Part shown: one piece after another, positions 52,180 to 64,000 of the stretch | Numbering within the stretch: the stretch's first letter is position 1 | Layout: every line of letters begins with the position of its first letter | Origin: Camelus ferus | Taxonomy: Eukaryota | Length of the DNA: 64,000 nt | Reading direction: 5' to 3' | Assembly (NCBI RefSeq): GCF_009834535.1 | Contig: NC_045697.1 | Span: forward strand, 112,346,001-112,410,000 | Made by a program: the position numbers and the translations under genes | The notes under the pieces: model-generated | The model's input: the letters and a program-made list of their open reading frames with translations, nothing else | Told to the model about the DNA's origin: nothing | Databases searched by the model: none

Positions 52180-53362
52180 GACTTTTTAAAATTGACATAT
52201 AACTGCATATTATATTAGTTTCAGGTGTACAACATAATGATTGGTATTTGTGTATATTGCAAGATTATCACCACAAGATCTATCACCACACAGAGCTACA
52301 ATTTCTTTTCTTATAGTCAGAATTTTTAAGATCTACTCTCTTAGCAATTTTCAAATACACAAGGCAGTATTATTAACTATAGTTAATAATTATTAATTAT
52401 AATTATTAATTATAGTCACCATGCTATAGATTACATCTCCATGATTTATTAATTTTACAACTGGAAATTTTCCTTTTGGTCACCCTCACCCATTTTCTTC
52501 ACCCATCACCACTAATTCTGGCAACCACTAATCTGTTCTGTGTTTCAATAAGTTCATTTTTATAGGTTTCACATATAAATGACATCATACAGAATTTATC
52601 TTTCTGTGTCTGACTTATTTCCCTTAGCATAATGCCTTCAAGATCCATCCATGTTGTTGTAAATGGCAAGATTTCCTTTTTATGATTGAGTAATATTCCA
52701 TTACATACATATATGTGTATATATGTATACACATAGACATACACATACATATGCATATGTATATATAATTTATCCAGTCAGTCTGTCAATGGACGCTTAG
52801 TTTACTTCCATGTCTTAGCTATTGTAAATAATGCTGCAATGAACAATGAGGGTGCATTTATCTTTTCAAGTTAGTGGTTTCATCTTCGTCAAGTAAATAA
52901 CCCAGAAATGGAATTGATGGATCATATGGTAGTTCTGTTTTTAATTGTGTGAGGCACTTCCTTGGTGTTTTCTATAGTGGCTGCACCAATTTACATTCCC
53001 ACAAACTGTGCACAAATGTTCCCTTTTCTCTGCATCCTTGAGAGTATTTGTTATTTCTTGTCTTTTTGATAATGGCCATTTTGACAGGTGTTGAGTGATC
53101 TCATTGTGGCTTTGATTTGCATTTCCCTGATGATGAGTGAGGCTGAGCACCTTTTCATGTACTGTTGGCCATTTGTATGTCTTCTTTGAAAAAATGTCTA
53201 TTCTCGTCCTCTGCCTATTTTTAAATCAGATTGGCTTGCTGCTGTTGGGTTGTATGAGTTATTTTAGATATTTACCCTTTATCAGATGCATGATTTGCAA
53301 ATATTTTCTCCCACTCCATAGGTTGCCTTTGTTTTCTTGATGGCTTCCTTTGCTGTGCAGAA
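52180..53362 (-). mobile_element. 5'-truncated L1 (L1MA-like)
   Basis: 3'UTR (tttaagatctactctcttagcaattttcaaata) and ORF2 C-terminal peptide EILPFTTTWMDLEGIMLREISQTQKDK. Confidence 0.92.
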
Positions 53363-54074
53363 CCAAGTTACATTTTAATTCATAAGATTTTTGTTATTTA
53401 TCATGTACATATTTAAATTTTGAAATGTACTTTCATAGAGCAAAGAATTAAGATTTTAGGATAATATAATTTATTGGGCCCCAAGAACATCTCATATTTG
53501 ATATGTATTCTTTTAAATTTTTCTGAAACTAGCTTCTAATTTTAACGTTTACAAATATTAATGACATAATATAATTTTATTAGAATATATTTATATATTA
53601 TTCATATCACTTTTTTGCTGCCTATTATCAATGTGTTTTAAAAATAAAATTCCAGAAAAAAGGGGATTAAAGGCCCATTGAATATTTATCCAAGTTAGGG
53701 AATGAATTACTTATGATAGGGATTTTTATGTGACATAAAAATACACACATGTAATGTAAACACACATACACATGTACAGACTTCTCATTTGCCTATTCAC
53801 CTTCAGTCGCATTTCTACTTTTTGCTGTTTTTCCCTATCCATTAGTGTGTGAATATATCTATATCTATTATCTGTATGTCTACATGTCTGAAATAAGATG
53901 GTGAAACAAACTCATGTATGTCTTCTTTTTTTGTTATTTTCATGTTATTTTTGTTACTTTCATGAAGACATACATTTTTGTTATTTTCATGAAATAAAAA
54001 AAGTATAATAAATCTGTTAACATCTCTGGAAAGATAGAAACAGAAAACTATCTTTAGTTAAATAGCTCAGACCA

Positions 54075-54305
54075 CAGGTTCTGGAGACGGACAGATGGAC
54101 ACACTGGTGTTCCCAGTGCTGGACTCACCACATACTGGCTGGGTGATCTTACATAAGAGGCCTTGGAAATCCTTATTTTTCTCCCTTGTAAAGTGGAGGA
54201 AGTAATGGTTCTTTATGTGGTTGTCAAGAGGACTAAATGGGAGAAACATGTGTCAGAGCTTGGCGTAGCACTTAGGACGTGCTGAATGTTCAGTAAATGT
54301 TTTTG
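54075..54305 (+). mobile_element. MIR SINE
   Basis: ctgggtgatctt...cttgtaaagtggagga...ggttgtcaagaggactaaatgggagaa...tcagtaaatgtt. Confidence 0.7.
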
Positions 54306-54516
54306 CCCTTTTCCTCTCCTTTTTCATATCACCATCATCATCACTATTATTCATTGCTTTCAAAGGAAGTCAAAGACCACATTACACCACAGTCATACTC
54401 TTCCTTCTCAGGGACTTTGCTCCATTGATTTACTACATTATTTCTTTGATTTCTCCCATTCCAATTTTTCTTTCCCCTAAGTATTCAAACAAGTTGTAGT
54501 GTCCTCCATCTTTAAA

Positions 54517-54529
54517 ATATATATATCTA

Positions 54530-54572
<43 letters not shown>

Positions 54573-54577
54573 ATATC
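54517..54577. repeat. (TATC)n microsatellite flanked by TA
   Basis: About 12 tatc units. Confidence 0.95.
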
Positions 54578-54730
54578 TCCATTGAAATCTACCTCTTCCC
54601 CATCGCTCCAGCTTCCTTCAGAACAAAATCTACCAAAATAATTGACTGAAGTTCACCTTCACTTTCTTCATTCCACTTCTGACTTCCTAATCCCAAATGG
54701 CCTCTGAGTTGAACAAATCCTCCTGCTGGG

Positions 54731-54958
54731 TTTATTCTCTATTCACGTATACAGTACTTCTGACGCCAGATGTGTGGGTTTTTTCCACTACACCAAGCAC
54801 TTCTCTGTGACACCAGCTGAGTGTTCTACAATTTAATTCAATTCTGATACTAACAGGAGTTATGCAGACACCGCAGGTTAAGGGCTCCCTCCCGTAAGGC
54901 TGCCCCCCTTCAGATGCCAGTTTCAAGTAGTACCCCCAGGTTACCCATGACTTCTGAC
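54731..54958 (-). mobile_element. MER21-group LTR fragment
   Basis: aattcaattctgatactaacaggagtt...caggttaagggctc...ttcagatgccag. Confidence 0.65.
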
Positions 54959-56213
54959 TTTCTTAAGGCTCAGAACTAGAATTGCTCAGTTATTCTTTCA
55001 GTTCTGTTCATCTGCTCTCATAGTGTTAAACATCTATGTGCCAAGGTACACTAATATTTATGTCTTAATATGCCTCAAAGTAAACTCTTGATGCTTTTAT
55101 CATATCTACCTTCTAATTTTCTCCATTTTGGTTTGTGGAATCTACATGTATCCAATTGCTCATGCTAGAAACTGAGAAATTAGACTTGATGTCTCTCTCC
55201 CTCCTTCCCTATGTAACCTGCCATGAAAATCTGTCAATTCTGTTTCTAAAATGTTCTGTTGCTTTAAGTCATCAACTTCTCTTCATTTTTAGGGATGCTG
55301 GTAAATGACCCAACCCCTCTCACACTTTGGCAAAATGTAATTGTTTTCTTATCAATCAATCAATTTCCACTGTTGCCTGTTTCTAATCAATACTCCATCC
55401 TGCATTCAGGCTGATACATCAGTTCCTCTTTACATATTCTTTAATTTATAACTGAAAACTGAAATAATATAGCAGAATTTTCTTTTGCACTACTCGTGGA
55501 AGAATAATTTTCAAGGGGAAAAAAAAGTAGAAAACATTTAATTATATGTAACTTGCCTAACCAAGATGTTTATTCAGCTAACTCATTTCAGAGTCAATAA
55601 GGCCTAATTTTTTAATCTTTTTTTAAACTGTTTTTAATACTTTTTTTCTTGTAGTGGTTCAGATACTTCTCATCATTAATTCTAATTTACACACACTTGT
55701 CATGAGACTCAAATTCCCTTCTACTGAGAGGCCACTCAGTAGTAAAATTAATTAAGAGATTTTTCATATTAGTAAAATATTCCAATTACAGATGCATGTT
55801 AAATGAAGAGGATTGATTTTAGGAGAAGAGGCAGTGATTCATGAAGGAAAAAGGCAATTTGTAATGCTATATTTGTACAATGGGGACAATTAAAGTCATT
55901 GATATGATTAAAATATTTCCCAAGAAGACACAGTAATCTTGGCTTCCTCACTAGAATTTTCATACATAACATCTGCTGGGTATAACTGCCATTTCTCACA
56001 TGCTGGACAAATGATCAGGCAAGCGGAGAAAGACAAGAGTCTTTACAGGTGGCTTCAGATAAGAACTTTGCTACAAATGGGACAGAACAGCTCCCGTTTT
56101 GTTTTATTTTGGTATAGGCCATCCCTCATTCTCCATGCATCTAGATCTCTCTGCTTTAATGTCAGCCACTTTGCACTGTAGAATTTCGAGAAATATATGT
56201 CCAAAGGTGGCCC

Positions 56214-56635
56214 TGTAGTATCAGAGATTATCTGACTACTAATCCAACCCACCCGCTCTTCCTCCTGGGGACACAGCCAACTGCCATGCAGTTAGGTAGG
56301 ACTGAGTTCCGGGCAGTGAATTCTGAACTGTGAACTGTGAACTGTGAACTGTGAAAAGATTCCAGCCCTGGGCTATAGAAACATCCTTCATGTGATGCTT
56401 CATGCTCCTCCTGAGGTTTAATACGTAGGTAAGCTCGGAGATCTTGGAAACTGCATTTAAAATGGCAGAGCTATCAATTTAGAAGGAAATATTCTTGAAT
56501 TACCATTTGGAGGAGAGTCTTCTGACCTGGAAGAGCATTTCGCCCTTGATTTGAGTAGAGAAACAAATATTAAAGCACTAGTATTTGTTAAGCCATTGAG
56601 ATTTCTGGAGGTGTATCCATCAAAATAGCAGCCCC
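56214..56635 (+). mobile_element. Old MaLR LTR with an internal (tgaactg)x4 repeat
   Basis: MLT1-type end tgttaagccattgagatttctggaggtgt. The 7-mer tandem is at 56324-56354. Confidence 0.55.
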
Positions 56636-57129
56636 TTATCTAATGTTAATGCCATGAAATGCTGACCTGATTCTCTTGCTTTTTTCATTTAAAGTTTATA
56701 ATACAAGGAAGCTTTTAAATGCCCAATTTTCACTTTTCAGAGTTTTTACACATTTCCTTCTTCTGAAATAGCACTGTTTTTTTACCTGATACCACCTGTA
56801 AAGATTCTAAAAGATTCCTTTTTTTTTTTTCCTCTTGCTTGATCATTTGTTCAGTTGGTGGGGAATGGCCTGTTATCCCCAGACTCATGTTATGTAGGCA
56901 ATTACCAGCGGGAAAGCAAAGATTACCATGTCTTCTTAGGAGGTATCTTTAGATGGTGTCTAGAAACTAGACTCAGATTTAACTGAAGTTAAACCTCTGC
57001 AGTTGGTCCATGAAGGTCCGGCTTCAGGTTAAATTCCTTTCTGGAGTTTTAGGTCTGGGCATTAAGTAAAGCTCATATTTCCCAATTTGCAGTAGGGGCA
57101 CAGAAGGAAACAGAAAGGATCCAGCCCAG

Positions 57130-57650
57130 GTGTCAGAAGAAGCCATCTTTCCTCCATAAAACCCTTTAAATACCTTCCCATTGATTTTGAATCAAATTCC
57201 ACAGTCTTGATGTGACCCACCAGGCCTGGGTCCTGCCTGCCTTTCCAGCCTCTTCTCAGGATTTCTTTATTTTCTTTCATCAACACTGACTAGTTCATTT
57301 CTTGAAGACACAGAGCTCTCTGACATCAAGGGCTCCAACATGCAGTGCCCCCTGCCTAAGTGCTCCTCCAGGAAACCTTCACCCAGAAGTTCCTCTCTTC
57401 AAGGTTCTGCTTAAATATCACACATTTAGTGACATCTAATTTCTTTTGATCTCAGTCAAAATTGGTTTCTTTTTTTGTAAGTTTTCTTAATAAAGTATAG
57501 TTTTCCCTTGTTGAAGCTATCACAGTTTGTATTTGTAAACTGACTTTGGAATGATTCGTTTAGTGCTGCCTGTTTTATTCCCACCTGCATTTGTTCCCAT
57601 TATCGGTAACGGTAGAAGGAAATATTTATTAAAATGAATTGATGAATGAA
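57130..57650 (+). mobile_element. L2 3' region
   Basis: cttcccattgattttgaatcaaattccacagtcttg... ending aaatatttattaaaatgaattgatgaatgaa. Confidence 0.6.
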
Positions 57651-59372
57651 GTGAAAACAGAAAACTGACAGTCTAGTCAATTTATTGGCCCACAATTGAC
57701 TGAACATTTCCAAATTGGCAATGCTATACCAATGTGATCGTGTTATACAGATGTATGAGGAAATCATGTTTCATGCATTCAAAAATATAGAATAATGATG
57801 ACTTGTTTTGGCAGAAATATTACTGTTCTTTGGTTTTATTAAGAATGGCTTCCATTCTCCCTCCATACACCCCCCCCCAAAAAAAATAAGTCAAGGAAGA
57901 AAGGAACTGTCTATTGTTGAATGAGGTTATACAATAAATGCTTAGAACAGTGCCTGCAAATAGTAACTTCTCAGTAAATGTTAGCTATTATATTATTGTT
58001 ATTAAAATTTTATTTGGTATAAATGCTATATTTTAATGGTAAATTATTCTAATTTTTATTTGGTAAAATCATACTTGTTCATCATAATCTTAAATTTGAT
58101 TTTATCTATTAAATGCGGACTAATTTTTTGTTTTGTTATTGATTTAAATTCCTAGTTTGAGCAACTATTATATATAATTATTACGTATATTGACTATATT
58201 CCTATTAAATATATAATAGCCTATGATTACCTGTTTAAAAATTGCAGGCCTCATTGTTAGCAATAATTAATTTTAAAAGTAATGAGGCATTGATTCAAAG
58301 GTAGTTTTGTGGATCTTTGAAAACTAAATAGACTTGCTTTATTTGAAACAAAGATGAATGTGGAGGCTGTGTTGTAATAAGTTAATGGGCCAACTTTTTC
58401 CTTGTTTTATCTTTCTAGTTGTTGATTATGTCAGACATCTAATTCTTTGATGTCTGACATAGCAAAGCACCCTGTTTTATAATTTTGGGAAATTGAAGCT
58501 TCTTTCAGTTTTTTTTTGGAGCAACTTGGTCCCATTCAAGAAAAAAGAGTGCAAATGATATTAAGTTTTACTTTGGTTCCTGTGACATGAAATAAAAATG
58601 TATCATTTCTCATTTGTACTTCTTGCCAAAGGTAAGTGGGGTTGGGGGTGTCATGCTATGTACGTGTAGTGTTCAGAAGCGGAAATCTAACAATGCAGAA
58701 TCGAGTGGGTCATTTACAGTGTTCAGTCTTGAACTTGATGTTTATGGTTACATTACTAAAGCTGAGCTGTTGTTAATGGTCACTGTTGATGAAGTATGAA
58801 TTCAGTTGTATCCCCTCAGAAGATATTACTCTGAAATACCTCATTCTGAAAAGTTTCATCAAACTGTGTAGTGTAGTTAGATTTTTAATTTTCTGTGGCT
58901 TCCTTACAACTTATTTTTACTATCGTTTTATGATTGTAGAGAGATCTTACAGTATTTGGTTAATTGAACTTCAAGAGCAATTAGAAAGAAATTTTTCAAA
59001 AGTAGAAAATTTTAAAGTAGAGATTTTTGGCTTACCATATTAGTTGGATAGTCAGAGCAGAGAAATCACAGAAAAACTTCAAATTCCTAGCAAGTGTTTC
59101 AAAGAAAACAAACAAACAAAAACTGTCCCTTTATAGTATCACCAAATCCTCAGTGGGCAGACAGGGTGTAAATTACATGATTACTCATTTAGAAAACTTC
59201 TGGTTCTTTTAAATTAGGTGAGAGACTTAACATCTTTCTTCTTATTATATAATCTTAACACAAGAAGATGAATAGTTCACTCCCTGACAGGAAGAGACAC
59301 AGAGCAGTGATTTAGAACAGGGATTTTGCTTCTGTAGAGACCAAGTTTCCAGCCTGAGTTCTTCTGTGTCAC

Positions 59373-60479
59373 AGTTACCAGGTTTGGCTGCTTGCTGCTC
59401 AAAAGCCACTACTCAGGAGGCAAGTGTTGGTAGAAAGGAAAGTTGCTTTTAATCAGAAAGTCGGCAGTCTAGGGTGAAAGCGCACTCATATCACAAAACC
59501 AACTCCAAAGATTCAGCCCAGCCATGACAGTTTTTAAAGGGAAAAAAAGGGGGAAGAAACTCATTGCATCATCAAGGCAGGAGGTTGGGGTCTGCATCAT
59601 CTCCACTGTGTGCAGACTGCTTGACTCTGCCTTCAGATGTTATCTTGCCCGGGTGATCTGCCTGCAGGATTGCTGAGGGGGCACTTGGGGTTGAGAGCTA
59701 CTCATTTTTAAACTGCTTCACTCTTCATTCTTACTTCTTTTAATCTAGGAAAAGAATCAACAGGTTAGACAGGGCATGGTATGTATGCAGGAGAGCATAA
59801 ATCAGGAGTTAGGTTAAACTGCCTAATGATCTCATTTCTGTAATCAAGGTTTAAAGGGAACAGAAATAGGCAAGCAGAAAAGGAGCAAAAGAACTGCTTA
59901 CAAATCGCCACTTGTCAGACATCATTCCATTTCTGTGGGGTTAGGGGCGCAGATCCATCTTCTCTGACTGCTTCATGCTGACCTGGGGCGCCGTGTTCTC
60001 AGAGTGGGAGAGGTCAACATGGGTCTGTAGCAGCTCTTTGCTGACAATTTTAGTTGCCCTCTTATATATACAGGCAGAGCAAGCTACAATTATTTTGATG
60101 CCCACAAAGATACAGATTATTATGAGCAATAATGTTAATCCCATTCTCTTGAAGCCAGTCCTTGGAACTGTGCTAAACATAGATTCAGTGCTGCTCAAGA
60201 TGGAGCAGCTTGTGTCATGACTACAGTCTGGTCCCCACGCAGTTAGCTTTTTCCCTGTGATGGCAGTTACAGTGTAAAATGACTCAGGAGTATGCCTCTG
60301 ATACTGAGAGATTCTGTGACTCTATTGTCTTAATCAGTAACTGCTTGAGCCTGCTCTTTTGTGACCCAGGGAGTCCTGGGAGACTTCAGACTTTCTACAA
60401 ATAAGAGGCAGCAGATACAGAGGGGCCTTTGCACTTGGGGCCCCCCACCCACCCCACTGCAGGGCTCTACTCAGTTTAA
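59373..60479 (-). mobile_element. Enlarged (~1.1 kb) ERV1 LTR inserted in a MIR
   Basis: Both ends match the 19210/37450 family (gttacc...aaagcc...ggaaagttgcttt; ctcagttt). MIR halves lie at ~59300-59372 and ~60480-60625. Confidence 0.85.
59941..60180 (-). pseudogene. Retroviral env TM/cytoplasmic-tail-like ORF remnant (79 codons from ATG) within the LTR
   Basis: Hydrophobic run GLTLLLIIICIFVGIKIIVACSACI followed by basic YKRATK. Downstream cgccccaggtcagcatgaagcagtcagag resembles the motif at ERV1 env 3' ends. Confidence 0.5.
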
Positions 60480-62044
60480 AGTGGACAACTTATCCTGCAA
60501 AAACCTTATTTTCATTTTTCGGATGCAGATAACATGAGTGCCCCTATCACTGAGTAGTTATAAATAGTATATAAAATAAAAGTTCTTTGCATAGTTTGGG
60601 GACATATTGACTGCTCAGTAAATATAAACTCTTGTCATCACTAAGTGCTAAAATGTAGCTGGCTTTTATATGCAGATTGCTTTTCTTTCTGTTACTGACT
60701 GGCAGTGTAGTTACTTCACAGGTCTCAATTCTTCATACAAAAATAAGAATAAGATTTTCATTCAGGATTAAATAACAATATAGGTTTTTAAGTCATTAAA
60801 CTAAAGGAAGGAATACAGTAACACACTAGATAAAATTAAAACACACCCACAAAGAAAATGTTCACTACTTTTGGATAATTTTTTGTTTTAAAATCATTGA
60901 ATGCTATTTTATTTAACCTTGTTACTACTAAAAGAAATTGGGTTTTTTGACAGCACAGAGACATCAAAATGCTGGAACGGTAAGGAGAGAATTTCATTTC
61001 ATGTTGTAAATAAGAAATTAAATATTTAATACTCCCATTTATGTTTACAAGTCCTTGAGGAAATTATCTTCTGATGAAGCTGAATGAGGCTGAAAGAGAA
61101 AGCCCTGGGTGCTCTGTTCGAGAGGTCTTTTGACACCTCCAGCATTACCTTTGACATTTTTTTCTTGGCCGTCACCATCCCCTGCTTTCTGATACCTGTC
61201 GCCTGTCATAGTAGGCATTTTCACGATTCCAGGGTTTCTGAATCAGACAAGCTTCTTGCATTTTTCATTAAGCATAAAGTTTTTAACACAGAATGGTTAG
61301 CTCTAACTGGGTCATTGCTACTGAACAGTGAAAGACACATTTAATGTCATTTTTCCCTGGGAAAATCTGCTCTGTATTTACAGTGAAATGTGACTCACAC
61401 AAAGTGAAAGGCTTGTATTATTTTCCCTCTTCTTGGCTGACTTAATGAGCAAAAGGTAAAATCATGATTTTTTTTTTTTTTTGAAAGAGTCCTTTAAGAA
61501 CTAAAGTCAGGAGGAAAACATTACTCATCCCAAACAATTTCTGCAACTGAAAAACAGTTTTTTTTTTTTTTAATTTGACTGCTGTTATATGTTGATTTCT
61601 AAGGTTTGTTCTTTTAACTTTGTTCAAAATGGTGAATAATCAAAGTGCATCATCTTTTGCTCTGAGAGAGTAATGAAACCTGGGAAATTTTCCCATCAAT
61701 GAAACTCCATGCAAGAAGCTTTTATTTCACCTGTCAACCATGTTCAGGTGAGTAAGAAAATAATAGAGCCTGTTCCTTACATCTAATGGGAAAAGTTATC
61801 ACCTGAGAGCAATTACATGGAGGGAACAGGTGCTGGCAGACTTATGATCAAACACTGCAGTGATGGTTCTAGGATTATAACAGATCTGTTGAGCACAAAT
61901 ATTTTATTGCTTGTAATTGAAATTAACTTATCTGCAGATCTGTATTTAAACATGATGGTTGAATAAAGCAAATTTTACAAATTTTACCTTTTACAAGTTA
62001 AGGTAACTCAGAACTTCCCATTTATAGGTCAGTCTCAGCTTGCT

Positions 62045-62658
62045 TTCTTTCCTTTTTTTAAGTATAGTCAGTTTACAATGTGTCAACTTTTGGCGTACAG
62101 CATAATGTTTCATTCATACATATACATATATATATTCCTTTTCACGTTATTTTTCATTATAGGTTACTGCAAGATACTGGATATAGTTCCTTGTGCTATG
62201 CAGCAATAACTTGTTTGTTTAATCTATTTTATATATGGTAGTTATTATTTGGAAATCTTGAACTCCCAGTGTATCCTTTTCCACTCCCTTCCCTGCCGTT
62301 TAACCATAAGTTTGTTTACTACATCTGTGAGTCTGTTTCTGTTTTATAAATAAGTTCATTAGTGTCTTCTTTTTTTCTCTTTTTAGATTCCACATATGAA
62401 TCATACTTTTCTTTCTCTTTCTGACTTACTTCACTTAGAATGATGATCTCCAGGTCCATCCATCTTGCTGCAAATAGCATTATTTTATTCTTTTTATGGC
62501 TGAGTAGTATTCCATTGTATAAATATATCACAGCTTCTTTATCCAGTTGTCTGTTGATGGACATTGGAGTTGCTTCCATATCTTGGCTATTGTAAATAGT
62601 GCTGCTGTGAACATTGGGGTGTATGTTTCTTTTTGAGTTAGATTTCACTCTGAATATA
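62045..62658 (-). mobile_element. Young 5'-truncated L1 3' end
   Basis: aagtatagtcagtttacaatgtgtc...; peptide FAARWMDLEIIILSEVSQKEKEK. Confidence 0.92.
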
Positions 62659-62787
62659 CAGTTTCAACTTTTTTTCTTGTATTTTCTCCCCAACATCCCC
62701 CACCAAATGTGTTCTCAAGTGAGGGTGTTTTTCACCAATGTTCAAGACTGAAAGCAAGGCAAATCTCTGTGGCTCTCAAAATCCCCC

Positions 62788-63183
62788 TGTGATGGTTAAT
62801 TTTATGCCAATTTGGCTGGGTCATGGTGCTCAGATATTTGGTCAAACATTATCCTGGGTATATCTGTGAGGATTTTTTTGGATGAAATTAACATGTAAAT
62901 AGATGGACTTCATGGAAAGCAGTTTGTTCTCCACAATGTGGGGCAGGGGTCTCATTCAATCAGCTGAAGACCTGAATTGAACAAAGACTGGCCTCCCCAT
63001 CTCCCAGCACAGAGGAATTTTGCCAGCAAGCTGGCCTTTGGATTCAAACTGCAGCTATTCTCCAGGTCTCCAGCCTGCTGGGCCTTCCCATTGGATTTTG
63101 GATTCACCAGTCATGAGAGCCAATTCCTTAAAATAAATAAATCTTATTGGTAACATTTCTCTGGAGAACGTTGACCAACTTAC
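62788..63183 (+). mobile_element. ERVL LTR (MLT2 group)
   Basis: tgtgatggttaattttatg...cagatatttggtcaaacattat...ttctctggagaac. Confidence 0.85.
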
Positions 63184-63622
63184 CTCCCCCTAACCAGTTT
63201 TAGTTTCTGTGGAGTTTTATATCAACTCACTCTCATCCCTTGACCTTGAGGAGGGACTACAGCAAAGCAGGGCTGCACATGACCAAAATTTTACAACCAT
63301 CATCCAGACCCTTCTATAGTCCAGAAAGTTCTGCCTGCCTGTCTGCCTGCCTTCCATCCTTCCCTCTTTCCTGAGTGTTCAGAAAAATAACTGCATTATC
63401 TTATATTCTCTTGTCTCTGTGGTTAATGATCATTTTTTGCTTGAGTCTGCAAGTTAACGTGCAGACTATGCTAAAAATCCCGTAAAATCCAGTAAGTACC
63501 TGATTATAGGCATTGCCATCCAGGGCTTTCATGACTGTTGTCCATTTCAAGATAGAAAAAGAGAAAGAGCAAACAAAAACAAAAAACAGAAACTCATATC
63601 ACTCCCTTGTTCTCTGAGTGTG

Positions 63623-63627
<5 letters not shown>

Positions 63628-63652
<25 letters not shown>
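63628..63652. repeat. (TG)n microsatellite
   Basis: Visible TG run. Confidence 0.9.
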
Positions 63653-63653
<1 letters not shown>

Positions 63654-64000
63654 TGCTGTTTTGGTTTAATAGTGGACAGGAATAGGTCAAAGTGAACTAT
63701 GAGAATGAAATGACATCGACTACTTCAGAATATTGTTCCATTCAAATTACTGTAGGTTGGCTAAGGAAATAAATTCAAAGGGAGAAACATGTGACTTAGT
63801 CTTAAGCATTTTGAAGAATACTTTTATGTTCTGCAAATAACATAAGCAAACAGTTGGAAGTATTTGGGAATTGTGATTATTGTTATGTGGGTACAGCGGA
63901 AGGAGGTGACCGCATACAGAGCAGCAAGGTATTGTGGAAAAAGTACAAACTTTAATCAGACAAAATTGGATTTAAATACTGGCCCTAATATTTGGACAAG

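Noticed and set aside
1..64000. A novel multi-gene biological system
   Set aside because: I found no credible coding genes, RNA genes or arrays; most of the structure is explained by transposon relics and simple repeats.

Overview
This is AT-rich, CpG-poor eutherian mammal genomic DNA, either intergenic or deep intronic. I found no recognisable protein-coding gene, RNA gene or CRISPR array. The ORF track is essentially noise plus decayed LINE-1 ORF1/ORF2 pieces. The window is dominated by transposon relics: LINE-1 copies, about ten ERV1-class LTRs (several solo LTRs with 4-bp target-site duplications, TSDs), a decayed AT-rich ERV1 internal region, MaLR/ERVL LTRs, a MER82-like Tigger, MIRs and L2. 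The young L1 3' ends and the apparent absence of young SINEs suggest a camelid (inference). Most L1s and LTRs lie on the minus strand, which fits an intron of a plus-strand transcript. The most notable structures are: (1) an enlarged ~1.1-kb ERV1 LTR whose U3 carries an env-3'-end-like insert with an open ORF encoding one hydrophobic segment; (2) an inverted pair of LTR+PBS copies, one embedded in a composite insert; (3) an L1 3'-transduction-like unit nested in another L1; (4) a 5'-inverted L1 with a TSD; and (5) several perfect hairpins and templated insertions. I cannot support a new multi-gene biological system here. Repeat family names are by-eye recognition and need Dfam/RepeatMasker confirmation.
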